Shown here: one piece after another, positions 28,981 through 38,470 of the stretch
Layout of the letters: each line of letters opens with the position of its first letter
Numbering within the stretch: the stretch's first letter is position 1
DNA from: an archaeon
GTDB taxonomy: Archaea; Nanobdellota; Nanobdellia; Woesearchaeales; GW2011-AR9
Assembly (NCBI GenBank): GCA_018697095.1
Contig: JABHSG010000003.1
Coordinates: 356,839-420,838, forward strand
DNA length: 64,000 bases
Direction of reading: 5' to 3'
Notes under the pieces: model-generated
Database searches by the model: none
Told to the model about the DNA's origin: nothing
Seen by the model: only the letters and a program-made list of their open reading frames with translations
Program-made: the position numbers and the translations under genes

Positions 28981-30615
28981 ATGGCGAAAAAAACAAAGCG
29001 TATTCCTAAAAAAAAAATCTCTAGTTCTAAATCTAAAAAAGTAGTTCACAAATCTAAACCAAAAAAGCGTATCACTCGTAAATCTCATTCTTCAATCCCT
29101 AAAGATGTTTGTTCGCTTCGTCATGGTAAGGAACGTGAAGAATTCATTGTCAAAGAAATTCACATTGAAACTGGTGGAATTATTGTTTGCCTACTTCTTG
29201 CTTCACAAGCAAAACAACTAGATCTGCGCTCTGGAGATCGTGTTCTTCTAAAAAACAAAAAAAAACATATCACAGCGATTTTAGATACAACTCATTCAAA
29301 TGCAACAGTTCCATGTAATAGTATTGGTTTATTTGAAGAAACCAGGCAAAAACTCAAAGTAAAAAATGGACAAAAAATTCACATTGAATATATCGGAAAA
29401 CCAAAAGCAGTTTCCTATATTAAGAAAAAAGTACACGGTCATCCATTAAGTAAATCAGAATTAACAATTATTATTCAAGCGTTTGTAGATGATAAATTAA
29501 CTGATATTGAAAAAACTGCTTTTGTAATGGCAGCGAATCATCATGGGTTCTCAGCAAAAGAAACAGCTGATCTTACACGTGCTATGGTTAGTACTGGATC
29601 CACTATAGAGTTCAAAAATAAATTAGTGATTGACAAACATTGTATTGGTGGTGTTCCAAACAATCGTACAACAATGATTGTAGGTCCAATTATTTCAGTA
29701 GCTGGCCTTACTATGCCAAAAACTAGTTCTCGTGCAATCACAAGTCCTGCTGGAACTGCTGACACAATGGAATGCCTAGCGAACGTGGAACTCACAAAAA
29801 AGCAAATCATGAATACTGTGAAAAAAGCAGGTGTTTGTCTTATTCATGGTGGTTCATTAAATCTTGCTCCAGCTGATGAAAAAATTATTGATATAGAGCG
29901 TCTTCTAAGTATCGACGCTACAGGTCAACTTCTAGCCTCAGTTATGGCGAAAAAGGCTAGCGTCGGCTCCAAAATAGTTCTAATTGATATTCCTAAGGGC
30001 CCATCAACAAAAACTCCAACAACAAAATTAGCAAATGATTTGAAAGAAAAATTCATCGCGCTTGGTAAAAATTTAGGTATCAAAGTTCACGCAATAATTA
30101 CTGATGGCCGTCAGCCTATCGGTAGCGGTGTTGGTCCAGTTCTTGAGGCAAAAGATGTAATGCGTGTTCTAAAACGTGATCATGACGCCCCAAAAGACCT
30201 AGAAGAAAAATCTTTGGTGATGGCAGGCATACTGCTTGAACTAGCAAAAAAATCCAAGAAGGGACATGGTTACAAAATGGCAAGAGATATTTTGCATTCC
30301 GGAAAAGCGTTCACTGCAATGAAAAAAATCATTAAGTTGCAAGGCAAAGTTTCACCACCTCCACTTGGAGATAAAATTCATCATATCAAAGCAAAAAAGT
30401 CAGGCAAAATAAAATCCATTGATAATATTGCAATTGCTAGGATTGCAAGAGTAGCTGGAGCACCATTCGATAAAGGAGCTGGACTTTATCTTTATAAAAA
30501 AATTGGACATAAAGTGAAAAAAGGAGATCTCTTGTTCACAATTTATGCTTACAGTACAGATAAGTTGAGACTTGCTAAAAATCTAGTAAAAGAAACAAAA
30601 GCAATTACTTACTAA
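28981..30615 (+). CDS. deoA: AMP phosphorylase (thymidine phosphorylase family) with Lys-rich N-terminal extension
   Basis: N-terminal double-psi barrel region, DKHCIGGVP.NRTT, PKTSSRAITSPAGTADTME, DGRQPIG.GVGP.LEA, AGAP.DKGAG. Confidence 0.93.
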   Translation: MAKKTKRIPKKKISSSKSKKVVHKSKPKKRITRKSHSSIPKDVCSLRHGKEREEFIVKEIHIETGGIIVCLLLASQAKQLDLRSGDRVLLKNKKKHITAILDTTHSNATVPCNSIGLFEETRQKLKVKNGQKIHIEYIGKPKAVSYIKKKVHGHPLSKSELTIIIQAFVDDKLTDIEKTAFVMAANHHGFSAKETADLTRAMVSTGSTIEFKNKLVIDKHCIGGVPNNRTTMIVGPIISVAGLTMPKTSSRAITSPAGTADTMECLANVELTKKQIMNTVKKAGVCLIHGGSLNLAPADEKIIDIERLLSIDATGQLLASVMAKKASVGSKIVLIDIPKGPSTKTPTTKLANDLKEKFIALGKNLGIKVHAIITDGRQPIGSGVGPVLEAKDVMRVLKRDHDAPKDLEEKSLVMAGILLELAKKSKKGHGYKMARDILHSGKAFTAMKKIIKLQGKVSPPPLGDKIHHIKAKKSGKIKSIDNIAIARIARVAGAPFDKGAGLYLYKKIGHKVKKGDLLFTIYAYSTDKLRLAKNLVKETKAITY

Positions 30616-30643
30616 GAATTCTTTATCATTAAGAAAAAACCAA

Positions 30644-30976
30644 TCAAACACTTTGAACTTCTTTTTTCTTACGTCTCATTCGTGCCTTAAGATTATATTC
30701 ACGCTGTCTTTCTTGATGGTAAGAACAAAATTTAATCTTGTCAAGAGCTTGATTATTACATCGGACACAAATCCCTGCATCTAATTTTTGATGATACAAT
30801 TTTTTACGCTCCTTAAGAAGCCTTTTTTGATTGGAATGGTAAAACTTCAAGAATCTGTTTGGATACTCTAAACACTTTCCTTTAGCTCCTTTAAGTTTCT
30901 TTTTAGAAACCCCAGCTCCTCTTCGTACTTTAGATACTCCTTTTGAGACAGCAGCTTTTAGTTTCTTCCATACCAT
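30644..30976 (-). CDS. small basic protein with C-terminal Cys/His zinc-finger-like motif
   Basis: Very Lys/Arg-rich; CVRC-x9-CSYH. Confidence 0.7.
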   Translation of the reverse strand: MVWKKLKAAVSKGVSKVRRGAGVSKKKLKGAKGKCLEYPNRFLKFYHSNQKRLLKERKKLYHQKLDAGICVRCNNQALDKIKFCSYHQERQREYNLKARMRRKKKEVQSV

Positions 30977-31024
30977 TATATGAATCAAAAACAAACACTT
31001 AGAATATAAACGTTACGACTAATC

Positions 31025-31852
31025 TCATCTCTGGCACTTAGGGCAGTGATACGTTCCTCTGCCATTTAGTTTAGTCTTCACAATATCGCTCCCACAAGTA
31101 CCACAACTCTTTTTCCCATACGCTTTCAAAAATGAACTGAACTTTCCTGCTTCCCCATTAGTTGTCACGTACTTTCCATCAAAAGTGGTCCCATTGTTTT
31201 TTATGGCAACAAGAAGCAGTGGAGCAATATGTGAATACAACTTTTTCAGTTTAGTCTCTTTCAAATTTTTAACTAATGTAGAAGGCAAAACCCCAATCAA
31301 ATAACAAAGTTCTATTGCATAGATATTACCTAGCCCAGCAATTACTTTTTGATCAAGTAGCGCAGTTTTAATTGCCACATTTGCTCGCTTAGAAACATTC
31401 GATAAAAATAAATCATAATCAATAAAAAGTGCATCATCACCTAATTTGCGTGAAGCAAAATAAGAATCAACTTCACTTTCATTCATCAACTCCATAGTTC
31501 CAAATTTACGTTGGTCATTAAAGAGTAAACCAGACTTATCGGAAAATCTAAACAAAACTCTTGTATGTTTATCATGTCCCTTCTTATCTAAATTAGATAA
31601 CGCTCTGCTGTCTACGTGAATATATTGCCCAGTCATGCGCAAATGTGAAATCATACTAACATCATTACTAAAAGAAAACATCAAATATTTACCATAGCGC
31701 TTAACATCAATTATTTCAAGTCCATTTAATTCAGATCCTTCAAGTGCAACTCCTCTGCCTGCACCAATTAATTCAACTTCTAAGACTTTTTTCCCAATCA
31801 CAGTATCAATTAGTCCAATCCGTACTGTTTCAACTTCGGGTAATTCAGGCAT
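31025..31852 (-). CDS. mutM: formamidopyrimidine-DNA glycosylase (Fpg/MutM)
   Basis: MPELPEVE, RYGKY, HLRMTG, DQRKFG, LLDQ..IAGLGNIYA, C-terminal C4 zinc finger with GRGTYHCPKCQ. Confidence 0.96.
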   Translation of the reverse strand: MPELPEVETVRIGLIDTVIGKKVLEVELIGAGRGVALEGSELNGLEIIDVKRYGKYLMFSFSNDVSMISHLRMTGQYIHVDSRALSNLDKKGHDKHTRVLFRFSDKSGLLFNDQRKFGTMELMNESEVDSYFASRKLGDDALFIDYDLFLSNVSKRANVAIKTALLDQKVIAGLGNIYAIELCYLIGVLPSTLVKNLKETKLKKLYSHIAPLLLVAIKNNGTTFDGKYVTTNGEAGKFSSFLKAYGKKSCGTCGSDIVKTKLNGRGTYHCPKCQR

Positions 31853-31951
31853 ATTTTCTTTCCTACAAGTATACTAGCCAATTCATTATTATTAATTAAA
31901 AATAACTTCCAGAAATCTAATAATAAAAATAAAAAAAAATTTAAAATGTGA

Positions 31952-32125
31952 TTACTTCTTTTTAGTAGCTTTTTTCTTAGCAGCACCGCCCATGATTCTG
32001 TACATTCCTGTAGTACATTCGGGACATTTACCTTTCATAGCTGAGCGACCATTTTTCATAGTTACTTCTTTAGCTTCACTCATTTCACGCTTTGCTTTAC
32101 ATTTAACACAGTATGCTTCTACCAT
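31952..32125 (-). CDS. DUF5679-like small zinc-ribbon protein
   Basis: MVEAYCVKCKAKREM..KEVTMKNGR.AMKGKCPEC.T.MYRI, Lys-rich tail; GAGGTG RBS before ATG 32125. Confidence 0.85.
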   Translation of the reverse strand: MVEAYCVKCKAKREMSEAKEVTMKNGRSAMKGKCPECTTGMYRIMGGAAKKKATKKK

Positions 32126-32403
32126 TTTTTTATAACACCTCAATATATGACTATTAAGAAATACCCTTGGCACTTCTAATCAACTAAGCTTAAGACCAAG
32201 TTCCCCCTTAAAAAGATTTGGATTCTAGTTTAGTCTCAAAAAACCCCTCAAAAGCACATTATTTGCTTCAATTTAAACTAAGAAGACAGAATTTCTCTTT
32301 TATCGGCATTTTTGGTTTCCTTTATAACGGTTTAAATTATCAAAATCTAGAAATATATTTAAACTCTAAAAAAAGTTAAAATTCAATGAAATAAGGGTGT
32401 TTT

Positions 32404-32601
32404 ATGGTGGCAGAGCAAGAAGAATTAGAATTTTACGATGTAAAGACAAAAGCTAAGTTCAAATCAAAAAATTACGAAGTTAGAGTAAGGGAAGTAAAAA
32501 GAACCAAAAGATATTTTGCAGTGACAAAATCTTTAGCTGGTGAACATGAATGTTGGCGAGTTATTTCTAGTGACAAAGCAAAAGAACTCGGAGCAATCTG
32601 A
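32404..32601 (+). CDS. small basic protein resembling archaeal chromatin protein CC1
   Basis: LEFYDVKTKAKF.S.NYEV...YFAVTKS...WRVI resembles the Thermoproteales CC1 pattern LKFYDIKAKQAF.T..YEV...FAVAKS...YRLL (recalled from memory); TATA and GGGTG RBS upstream. Confidence 0.7.
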   Translation: MVAEQEELEFYDVKTKAKFKSKNYEVRVREVKRTKRYFAVTKSLAGEHECWRVISSDKAKELGAI

Positions 32602-32670
32602 TTTTTTCTAAACAATTATTTCTTTTTTGCCAAATATATTTTTAAATGAACATTAGTTTCAGGCAAAAGT

Positions 32671-32947
32671 ATGGTGCCTAACTTAGAAGAATCAGTTAAT
32701 GTAAAGTGACCAAACTCCATCTAAACTTGGAATTGCTTATGAGAAAGCCCGAGATTATATCAGCATAGTTGGAGAAGCAAGATTTGCAGCTGGTGTTGTC
32801 GGATTTCTGGGTTTAGTAGTCTCAGGGACATATGGTATTTCTAAACATAGTTGTTCGAATCCAAACTATCCTCCTGCAGAAAAATTTGTAAGGGTATCCG
32901 CTGGAAATTATGAATTTCGTTCACCATATGGTGGGATTCAACACTAA
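32671..32947 (+). pseudogene. frameshifted small membrane-protein gene (missing from ORF track)
   Basis: ATG 32671 (TATA upstream) reads MVPNLEESVNVK*; the +1 frame from 32705 continues 80 codons SDQTPSKLG..FAAGVVGFLGLVVSGTYGI..GGIQH* with a TM helix. Confidence 0.6.
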
Positions 32948-32957
32948 CGCTGTTTTT

Positions 32958-33266
32958 CTAGTTTAACACTTCACTCACTTCTTTGTCACTCACGAACGTC
33001 TTAGTAATAACTTCTTTTTCATCCGCGCTAAACTGTTTAACTACTGCAAATACTCCTTTAGTAATTCCACGTCCAACAGTATATTCTAAAACAACAACTC
33101 GCGCAAGAAAATTCCAATTACTATCACGTAAGTCCATTGGCACATTAATTTGATACAATCTGTGTCCTTCTTTAGAAAAAGTATGTTCGCGTCCAATTTC
33201 CAAAGAATCAGGAATCTCAGAACTAGGTAAGCGCAAACATGCCTGTAACAAAAAAGGATTTCCCAT
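32958..33266 (-). CDS. DUF2584-like protein
   Basis: MGNP...KEGHRLY..NVPMDL.D.NW...A.V.....T.G pattern; directly downstream of valS. Confidence 0.65.
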   Translation of the reverse strand: MGNPFLLQACLRLPSSEIPDSLEIGREHTFSKEGHRLYQINVPMDLRDSNWNFLARVVVLEYTVGRGITKGVFAVVKQFSADEKEVITKTFVSDKEVSEVLN

Positions 33267-33270
33267 CAAA

Positions 33271-35910
33271 CTATCTCTCAACTAGTAACTTGATTCCAAA
33301 CTTCTCAGTCTCAAGAACCTCAGCCCCAGAAATGTCATCAGAACTAAACACAAATTCTTTGACATGCGTTACTGCCTTTAAGTCATCAATCAATCTTGAA
33401 ATGTCTTTTTCAAAATTCTCTTCGCTACAACTAAGAACAACTTCACTTAACTCTTCTTTCAAACTAAGTTTATTTGTACTCTTATATTTTCGAACTGCAT
33501 TAATAATTTCAATTCCCATATCACCAACCTTTTCACAGCTTGCATCTATTTCTAACTGGTTACCAACGGGCCAAGAAGCATTGTGCACAGAAACAGCGTC
33601 GCAACCATCAACTTTCCCACGAAAGAACAATTGATAAATTTCTTCACAGATGTGTGGTGTGATTGGAGCCATAAGCCTAACAACGCACCAAAGAGATTCC
33701 CAAAGTGCAGCTTGCGCAGAAGTCCGCTCAGCTTTTCCACGTGAATCAGGGTTATACAAACGGTCTTTAACAATTTCTAAATATTGATCACATAGCATTT
33801 GCCAAAAGAAAATCTCAGAACTTCCTTTAGCTCGTGCATATTCATAGTTATCAAAAAACGCAGTAGATGAATCAATAGCACGTTGCATCTTAGCTAAAAG
33901 CCAATGATCAAACACTTCTGTGACTTTTCCTTTCCCAGAATCAACGTCAAAGTCACTTAAGTGCATCATTGAAAACTTTGAAGCATTCCATAACTTGTTT
34001 ACAAACTTCTGACCAGTTTTTACATCTTTTTCTTGGTATGGCAAATCTTCTCCAAGTTTTGATCCTGCAGACCAATAACGAATCGCATCTCCACTAAATT
34101 TGTCCATCACATCTTGTGGTGCAACAACATTTCCTTTACTCTTACTCATTTTGTTTCCACGCGGATCTAAAACAAATCCAGAAATTGTAACATCTTTCCA
34201 TGGGTTTACTCCATAAAGCAAACGAGTTTTAGCCATCGTGTAAAACATCCAAAAATTAATGATGTCATGCGCTTGAGGGCGAAGTGACATTGGAAATAAA
34301 CGTGCACGTACTTTTTCATCTTTAACTAGTTCGGTCCCCAAAAAAGGAGTTGAAGAAGAAGTAAACCAAGTATCAAAAACATCAATTTCGCCAGTTAACT
34401 CAATGTTATCTGCCACGCCAAGTGGACGATCTACAGTTGGGTCTACTGGTAGTTGACTCTCGTCTGCATAGTACACTTTGCCAGATTTATCATACCAAAC
34501 AGGAATGGAAATTCCATAGTGGCGCTGCCGTGAGAATCCCCAGTCCCAATTAAGACCTTTAATCCAATTATCAAGTCGAGACTTCATATGTTTTGGATTC
34601 CAACCAAGTTCATCTGAAGCAGCCAAAAATTCTTCTTTGCGATCCAAATAATTCACATACCATTGCTGTGAAACAATAAACTCGACTTCTCTTCCAGATC
34701 TTTCACCAACATTTACAATCTGCTCTTTTTTCTCTTTGAAAATGATATGTCCTGCTTTTTCTAAGTCAACAATGATTTTCTTACGTGCTTCTGCTGCATT
34801 AAGTTCAGCGTAATCACCAGCAATTTCTAGTAGTTTTCCATCTTTGCCAATCAAATTAATTGGTTCGGCTTTATGGCGAATTACCCATTCAATATCTTCT
34901 TGTCCACCATAAGAACAAAAGTATGCAATCCCAGAACCTAAATCACTGCGAACAGCTTCATCATGACTAATAGTAAAAGACTTTTCCAAAAATGGAATTG
35001 AGGCAGATAAACCAATCAAATCTTTCCCAGTTAATTCACCAAGAACTTCATATTCAACAGACGAAAATTTTTCAGCATAAGTTTCCTTTCCTGTAATCCA
35101 AATTTCATTAGTTTCTTTAACTTTAAGACGAACATAAGTCCCTTTTTCTTCAACACTCATTCCAACGCATGCATACAGCATTTCTGGCCTAGTGGTTGCA
35201 TAAATAACGAACACATCACTGTCTGCTTCACTTAATTTTTCAACTCCTGTGCCACTAAGTTTTGCCTTAACATAACTAAGCCAACCAGTGGTTTTCTTAT
35301 CTTCAAGTTCTGCTTGCGCAATTGCTGTTTGAAATTGCGGGTCCCAAAGTACTGGGCCACGCCGACGCTCAACTAAACTCTTCTTAGCCAGTTGTAAAAA
35401 ACTACGCTGCGAAATACATCTAGAATGATCATCAATAGTAGAATATAATTTTTTAAAATCGCAACTCATCCCAATATTTTTCCAATCACCAATAAATGCA
35501 GGCCTAGCTTCATCTAAATATTCAAGGCAGATACGAATTGCTTCGCTACGTGGCAATTTACGAAGGTTTACTTTCTTCTCTTTTTGAACTAGTTTTTCAG
35601 TAGCAAGTCCGTTGTCATCTGTTCCAAATGGATAAAATACATTGAAACCTTTCATACGTTTATATCTTGCAATAAAATCTTGCTGAGTGTAACTACAAGC
35701 GTGCCCAAGGTGCATCTTCCCACTTACTGTTGGTGGAGGTGTATCAATTGAGTAAACTTCAGTCTTAAGATCACTCTCATCAAAAACATAAACTCCTTCT
35801 TGCTCCCAAAACTTTTGCCATTTGGCTTCACTAATTTTGGAATCATATTGCTGTGGGATTGAAGAATCACTACTTGGATTTTGAACCTTAGAATCATTAC
35901 TTGTTGCCAT
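33271..35910 (-). CDS. valS: valine--tRNA ligase
   Basis: DTPPPTVSGKMHLGH, WDWGFSRQR, DTWFTSS, KMSKS. Confidence 0.96.
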   Translation of the reverse strand: MATSNDSKVQNPSSDSSIPQQYDSKISEAKWQKFWEQEGVYVFDESDLKTEVYSIDTPPPTVSGKMHLGHACSYTQQDFIARYKRMKGFNVFYPFGTDDNGLATEKLVQKEKKVNLRKLPRSEAIRICLEYLDEARPAFIGDWKNIGMSCDFKKLYSTIDDHSRCISQRSFLQLAKKSLVERRRGPVLWDPQFQTAIAQAELEDKKTTGWLSYVKAKLSGTGVEKLSEADSDVFVIYATTRPEMLYACVGMSVEEKGTYVRLKVKETNEIWITGKETYAEKFSSVEYEVLGELTGKDLIGLSASIPFLEKSFTISHDEAVRSDLGSGIAYFCSYGGQEDIEWVIRHKAEPINLIGKDGKLLEIAGDYAELNAAEARKKIIVDLEKAGHIIFKEKKEQIVNVGERSGREVEFIVSQQWYVNYLDRKEEFLAASDELGWNPKHMKSRLDNWIKGLNWDWGFSRQRHYGISIPVWYDKSGKVYYADESQLPVDPTVDRPLGVADNIELTGEIDVFDTWFTSSSTPFLGTELVKDEKVRARLFPMSLRPQAHDIINFWMFYTMAKTRLLYGVNPWKDVTISGFVLDPRGNKMSKSKGNVVAPQDVMDKFSGDAIRYWSAGSKLGEDLPYQEKDVKTGQKFVNKLWNASKFSMMHLSDFDVDSGKGKVTEVFDHWLLAKMQRAIDSSTAFFDNYEYARAKGSSEIFFWQMLCDQYLEIVKDRLYNPDSRGKAERTSAQAALWESLWCVVRLMAPITPHICEEIYQLFFRGKVDGCDAVSVHNASWPVGNQLEIDASCEKVGDMGIEIINAVRKYKSTNKLSLKEELSEVVLSCSEENFEKDISRLIDDLKAVTHVKEFVFSSDDISGAEVLETEKFGIKLLVER

Positions 35911-35998
35911 AACAAGCACACCGCTCTCTATTATATAAAAACCTTAGTGCTAGTAATTATAAAAACAAATATAAACCCCTTTTCTTTAACTAGTCTTT

Positions 35999-36664
35999 AT
36001 GAGGTTGATTTATGGTGCAGAAGCTTTTGAAGGGATCGTACACGATCTTTTAGGTCATGATATTACTGAGAACGGAATAATCATCAAATTTCAGCCAACT
36101 AGAAAAGAAGGTATCATTTTAGGTGATGATGATCAAAGAACAGTTTTTCTAAATTCTTCATTAAACCACGGTTTAACTCAAGTAAAACATTTTGTGATTG
36201 ATAAAAAAAGACCAGGCATGATTTGTATTAGTGCAAACCCTCTTCTAAAAAAAGGGGAACTAATGAATCAGATTTTATTGAACCAAATTATCCCACTCAA
36301 AAACGTAATCTTTTTGGGGTCACATGAGTATTCAAAACCAGAATTAGATTTTCTAAATAATAACAAATTACATTTTTTCCCAATGCATGAAATAGCAAGT
36401 GAAGGTTATCATGAAGTTTGCGAATCAGTTATGTCTATTTCTAAAAGGTTCACTGACCTATATATCTTAATAGATTCAAGTATCCTTGATCAATCCATTC
36501 TTCACGCTGGACGTCCTGGTGGACTTATGCCAAGAGAATTAGTTTTTATTCTGCAAAGACTAAAACATCTAAAACCTTTAGATACATTTGAATTAGTGAT
36601 TTCTCCAGCAGCTAGGGATCTAGCAGTAAAAATCTTAAGTCAAATTTACGTTGACAAAAAATAA
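35999..36664 (+). CDS. degenerate arginase/agmatinase-fold protein
   Basis: C-terminal LYILIDSSILD..PGGL.PREL matches the ureohydrolase fold; metal-binding motifs are eroded. Confidence 0.7.
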   Translation: MRLIYGAEAFEGIVHDLLGHDITENGIIIKFQPTRKEGIILGDDDQRTVFLNSSLNHGLTQVKHFVIDKKRPGMICISANPLLKKGELMNQILLNQIIPLKNVIFLGSHEYSKPELDFLNNNKLHFFPMHEIASEGYHEVCESVMSISKRFTDLYILIDSSILDQSILHAGRPGGLMPRELVFILQRLKHLKPLDTFELVISPAARDLAVKILSQIYVDKK

Positions 36665-36681
36665 TATATCTAGGTAAAAAA

Positions 36682-37797
36682 ATGAAGACAAAAAACAACC
36701 AAAAAAATAATCTTTTTTTAATAACAACAGTACTTGCTATTGTAGCAATTCTAGTGATGTTTGCTGGCCCAAATATCTTGGATCAAGAAATTGATTCAAT
36801 TGTGGGAGAAGCATTTTCAACAAGAAGTTCTTCAGCCACAAAAGGTGGCTCTATTTTAGATTCAATTCAAAAACAAGAAACTTTTGAATTTTGTACTGAT
36901 AGTGATCTTGGAAATGATCCTGAACTTTATGGGGTAGTTGAGATTACTTCAAAGTCTGGAACTACTTCTAGTAGTTGGGGTGATTCTTGTCACACTGATG
37001 GCACAGTCCAATATGAAGCAGTCTGCTCTTTTGATGAAAATGGGGAAGAAGTAGCAGATTTTATTGGAACAAGTTGTGATTGTCAAAGTGGCGAATGTAT
37101 TGCTCAAATGCAACATGCAGAAGACAATCAATTTGGAATATCAGAAGAAATAATTGAACAATTAAAGGATGATCTAAGGATAAGCCATGAATCTCCAAGG
37201 TCAGCAGAAAAATTAAAAACTTTTGATGGACCAATAGTGGAAGTAGATTCTTTAGTAAGAGAAGAAGGTGATGATAGCACTTTTATTGAAAGGGACTCTT
37301 GTGAAGATTCAGATGGTTTAGACTACGCTGTTTCTGGTGAAGTAGACTTTTTAGATGAACAAAGCCATGTTGTAACTTGGGAAGATACTTGTATTGAACA
37401 AACAAATGTTCTTTACGAATGGTATTGTAGTGAAGATTTGATTCCAAAATATGAAGCAGTAAATTGTGTAAGAGGTTGTGATGAAGGTATTTGTATTGGT
37501 GGAATGGTTTCTACTGAGGCCTCAGCTGACGATTTAGTTGATACATCTCCAGATGCAAGTGATATAGAACTACTTGACACTTGCATAGAAACCGATGGGG
37601 GTAACGACCCATATACCAGAGGTGATTTAACTATTGCTGCTGGTGCACCAATTAGTGACTGGTGTAATAGCGCAGGAAGACTAATTGAGTATTATTGTGA
37701 ATCTGGCTCAGCTATAGAGCAGTCTTATGAGGTTTACGATTGTGCAACTAGTTGTGTGGATGGTGCATGTGAAACTCCTCCGATTGAAGTGGAGTAA
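36682..37797 (+). CDS. membrane-anchored/secreted Cys-rich repeat protein (three modules)
   Basis: TM followed by IVGEA; three C.(D/E)(S/T)D.G...D.C...E..C...C...C..G.C repeats. Confidence 0.85.
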   Translation: MKTKNNQKNNLFLITTVLAIVAILVMFAGPNILDQEIDSIVGEAFSTRSSSATKGGSILDSIQKQETFEFCTDSDLGNDPELYGVVEITSKSGTTSSSWGDSCHTDGTVQYEAVCSFDENGEEVADFIGTSCDCQSGECIAQMQHAEDNQFGISEEIIEQLKDDLRISHESPRSAEKLKTFDGPIVEVDSLVREEGDDSTFIERDSCEDSDGLDYAVSGEVDFLDEQSHVVTWEDTCIEQTNVLYEWYCSEDLIPKYEAVNCVRGCDEGICIGGMVSTEASADDLVDTSPDASDIELLDTCIETDGGNDPYTRGDLTIAAGAPISDWCNSAGRLIEYYCESGSAIEQSYEVYDCATSCVDGACETPPIEVE

Positions 37798-37902
37798 AAT
37801 TAACTAAACAAAAATAATTTTTTATTTATTTACTTTTTTCTTCTTTCAAAATTCAATTTTTCTAGCAAGCTTTTTAAACTACAATAAGGCAAGGCTACTT
37901 GT

Positions 37903-37998
37903 GGGCCTGTAGCATAGTCTGGATATTGCGGCCGGCTTCGGGTTGCAGCAATGCAAAAAGACACCGGCAGGTCAGGGGTTCGAATCCTCTCAGGCTCA
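37903..37998 (+). tRNA. tRNA-Arg(TCG) with 21-nt intron at canonical 37/38 position (approx. 37942-37962)
   Basis: Acceptor GGGCCTG/CAGGCTC, anticodon stem GCCGG/CCGGC, loop CT-TCG-G, T arm AGGGG-TTCGAAT-CCTCT; intron forms hairpin TTGCA-GCAA-TGCAA; no encoded CCA; TATA at about 37871. Confidence 0.93.
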
Positions 37999-38009
37999 CT
38001 TTTTTTCTT

Positions 38010-38453
38010 TTAATTTCTTTTTGCTTTCATTTCCTTGTGTATTTTTTCTCCCTCAGAATACATTGTAAACATTCTTTGTGGGTAATCTCCTCTGGTAGAA
38101 AGATCTCTTACATCACTGCCAACATAAATTCCTTTGTCCTGAAATCCTAAATCTACAATAAAAGGACCAGGTTCACTAGTAAATCTCTTAGAAACATAGC
38201 AAGATGACGTATCTTTGATTCCTGTGTCAAAATAACTAACACAATACAAGTCAACCTCACCATCGGAGTCAATATCGACAAACGTTTCGCTGCCAGTAAA
38301 AATTACAGAATTTCGCGATGGATTGTATACTGTTACTTGGTCTCCTGTCATAAGAGATTTTGCTTTATCTTCATTAAAATAGCTACAGCCACCTAATGTA
38401 CTCATACTTAACAAACTCAAACCCACCATTCCAACATATTTTTCTATTGTCAT
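38010..38453 (-). CDS. putative lipoprotein
   Basis: Signal ending LGGC; DIDSDGEVD acidic loop. Confidence 0.75.
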   Translation of the reverse strand: MTIEKYVGMVGLSLLSMSTLGGCSYFNEDKAKSLMTGDQVTVYNPSRNSVIFTGSETFVDIDSDGEVDLYCVSYFDTGIKDTSSCYVSKRFTSEPGPFIVDLGFQDKGIYVGSDVRDLSTRGDYPQRMFTMYSEGEKIHKEMKAKRN

Positions 38454-38470
38454 GTGGTATCACCAAATAC

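Noticed and set aside
37899-38150. 83-aa ORF
   Set aside because: Overlaps the tRNA-Arg gene and the opposite-strand lipoprotein.
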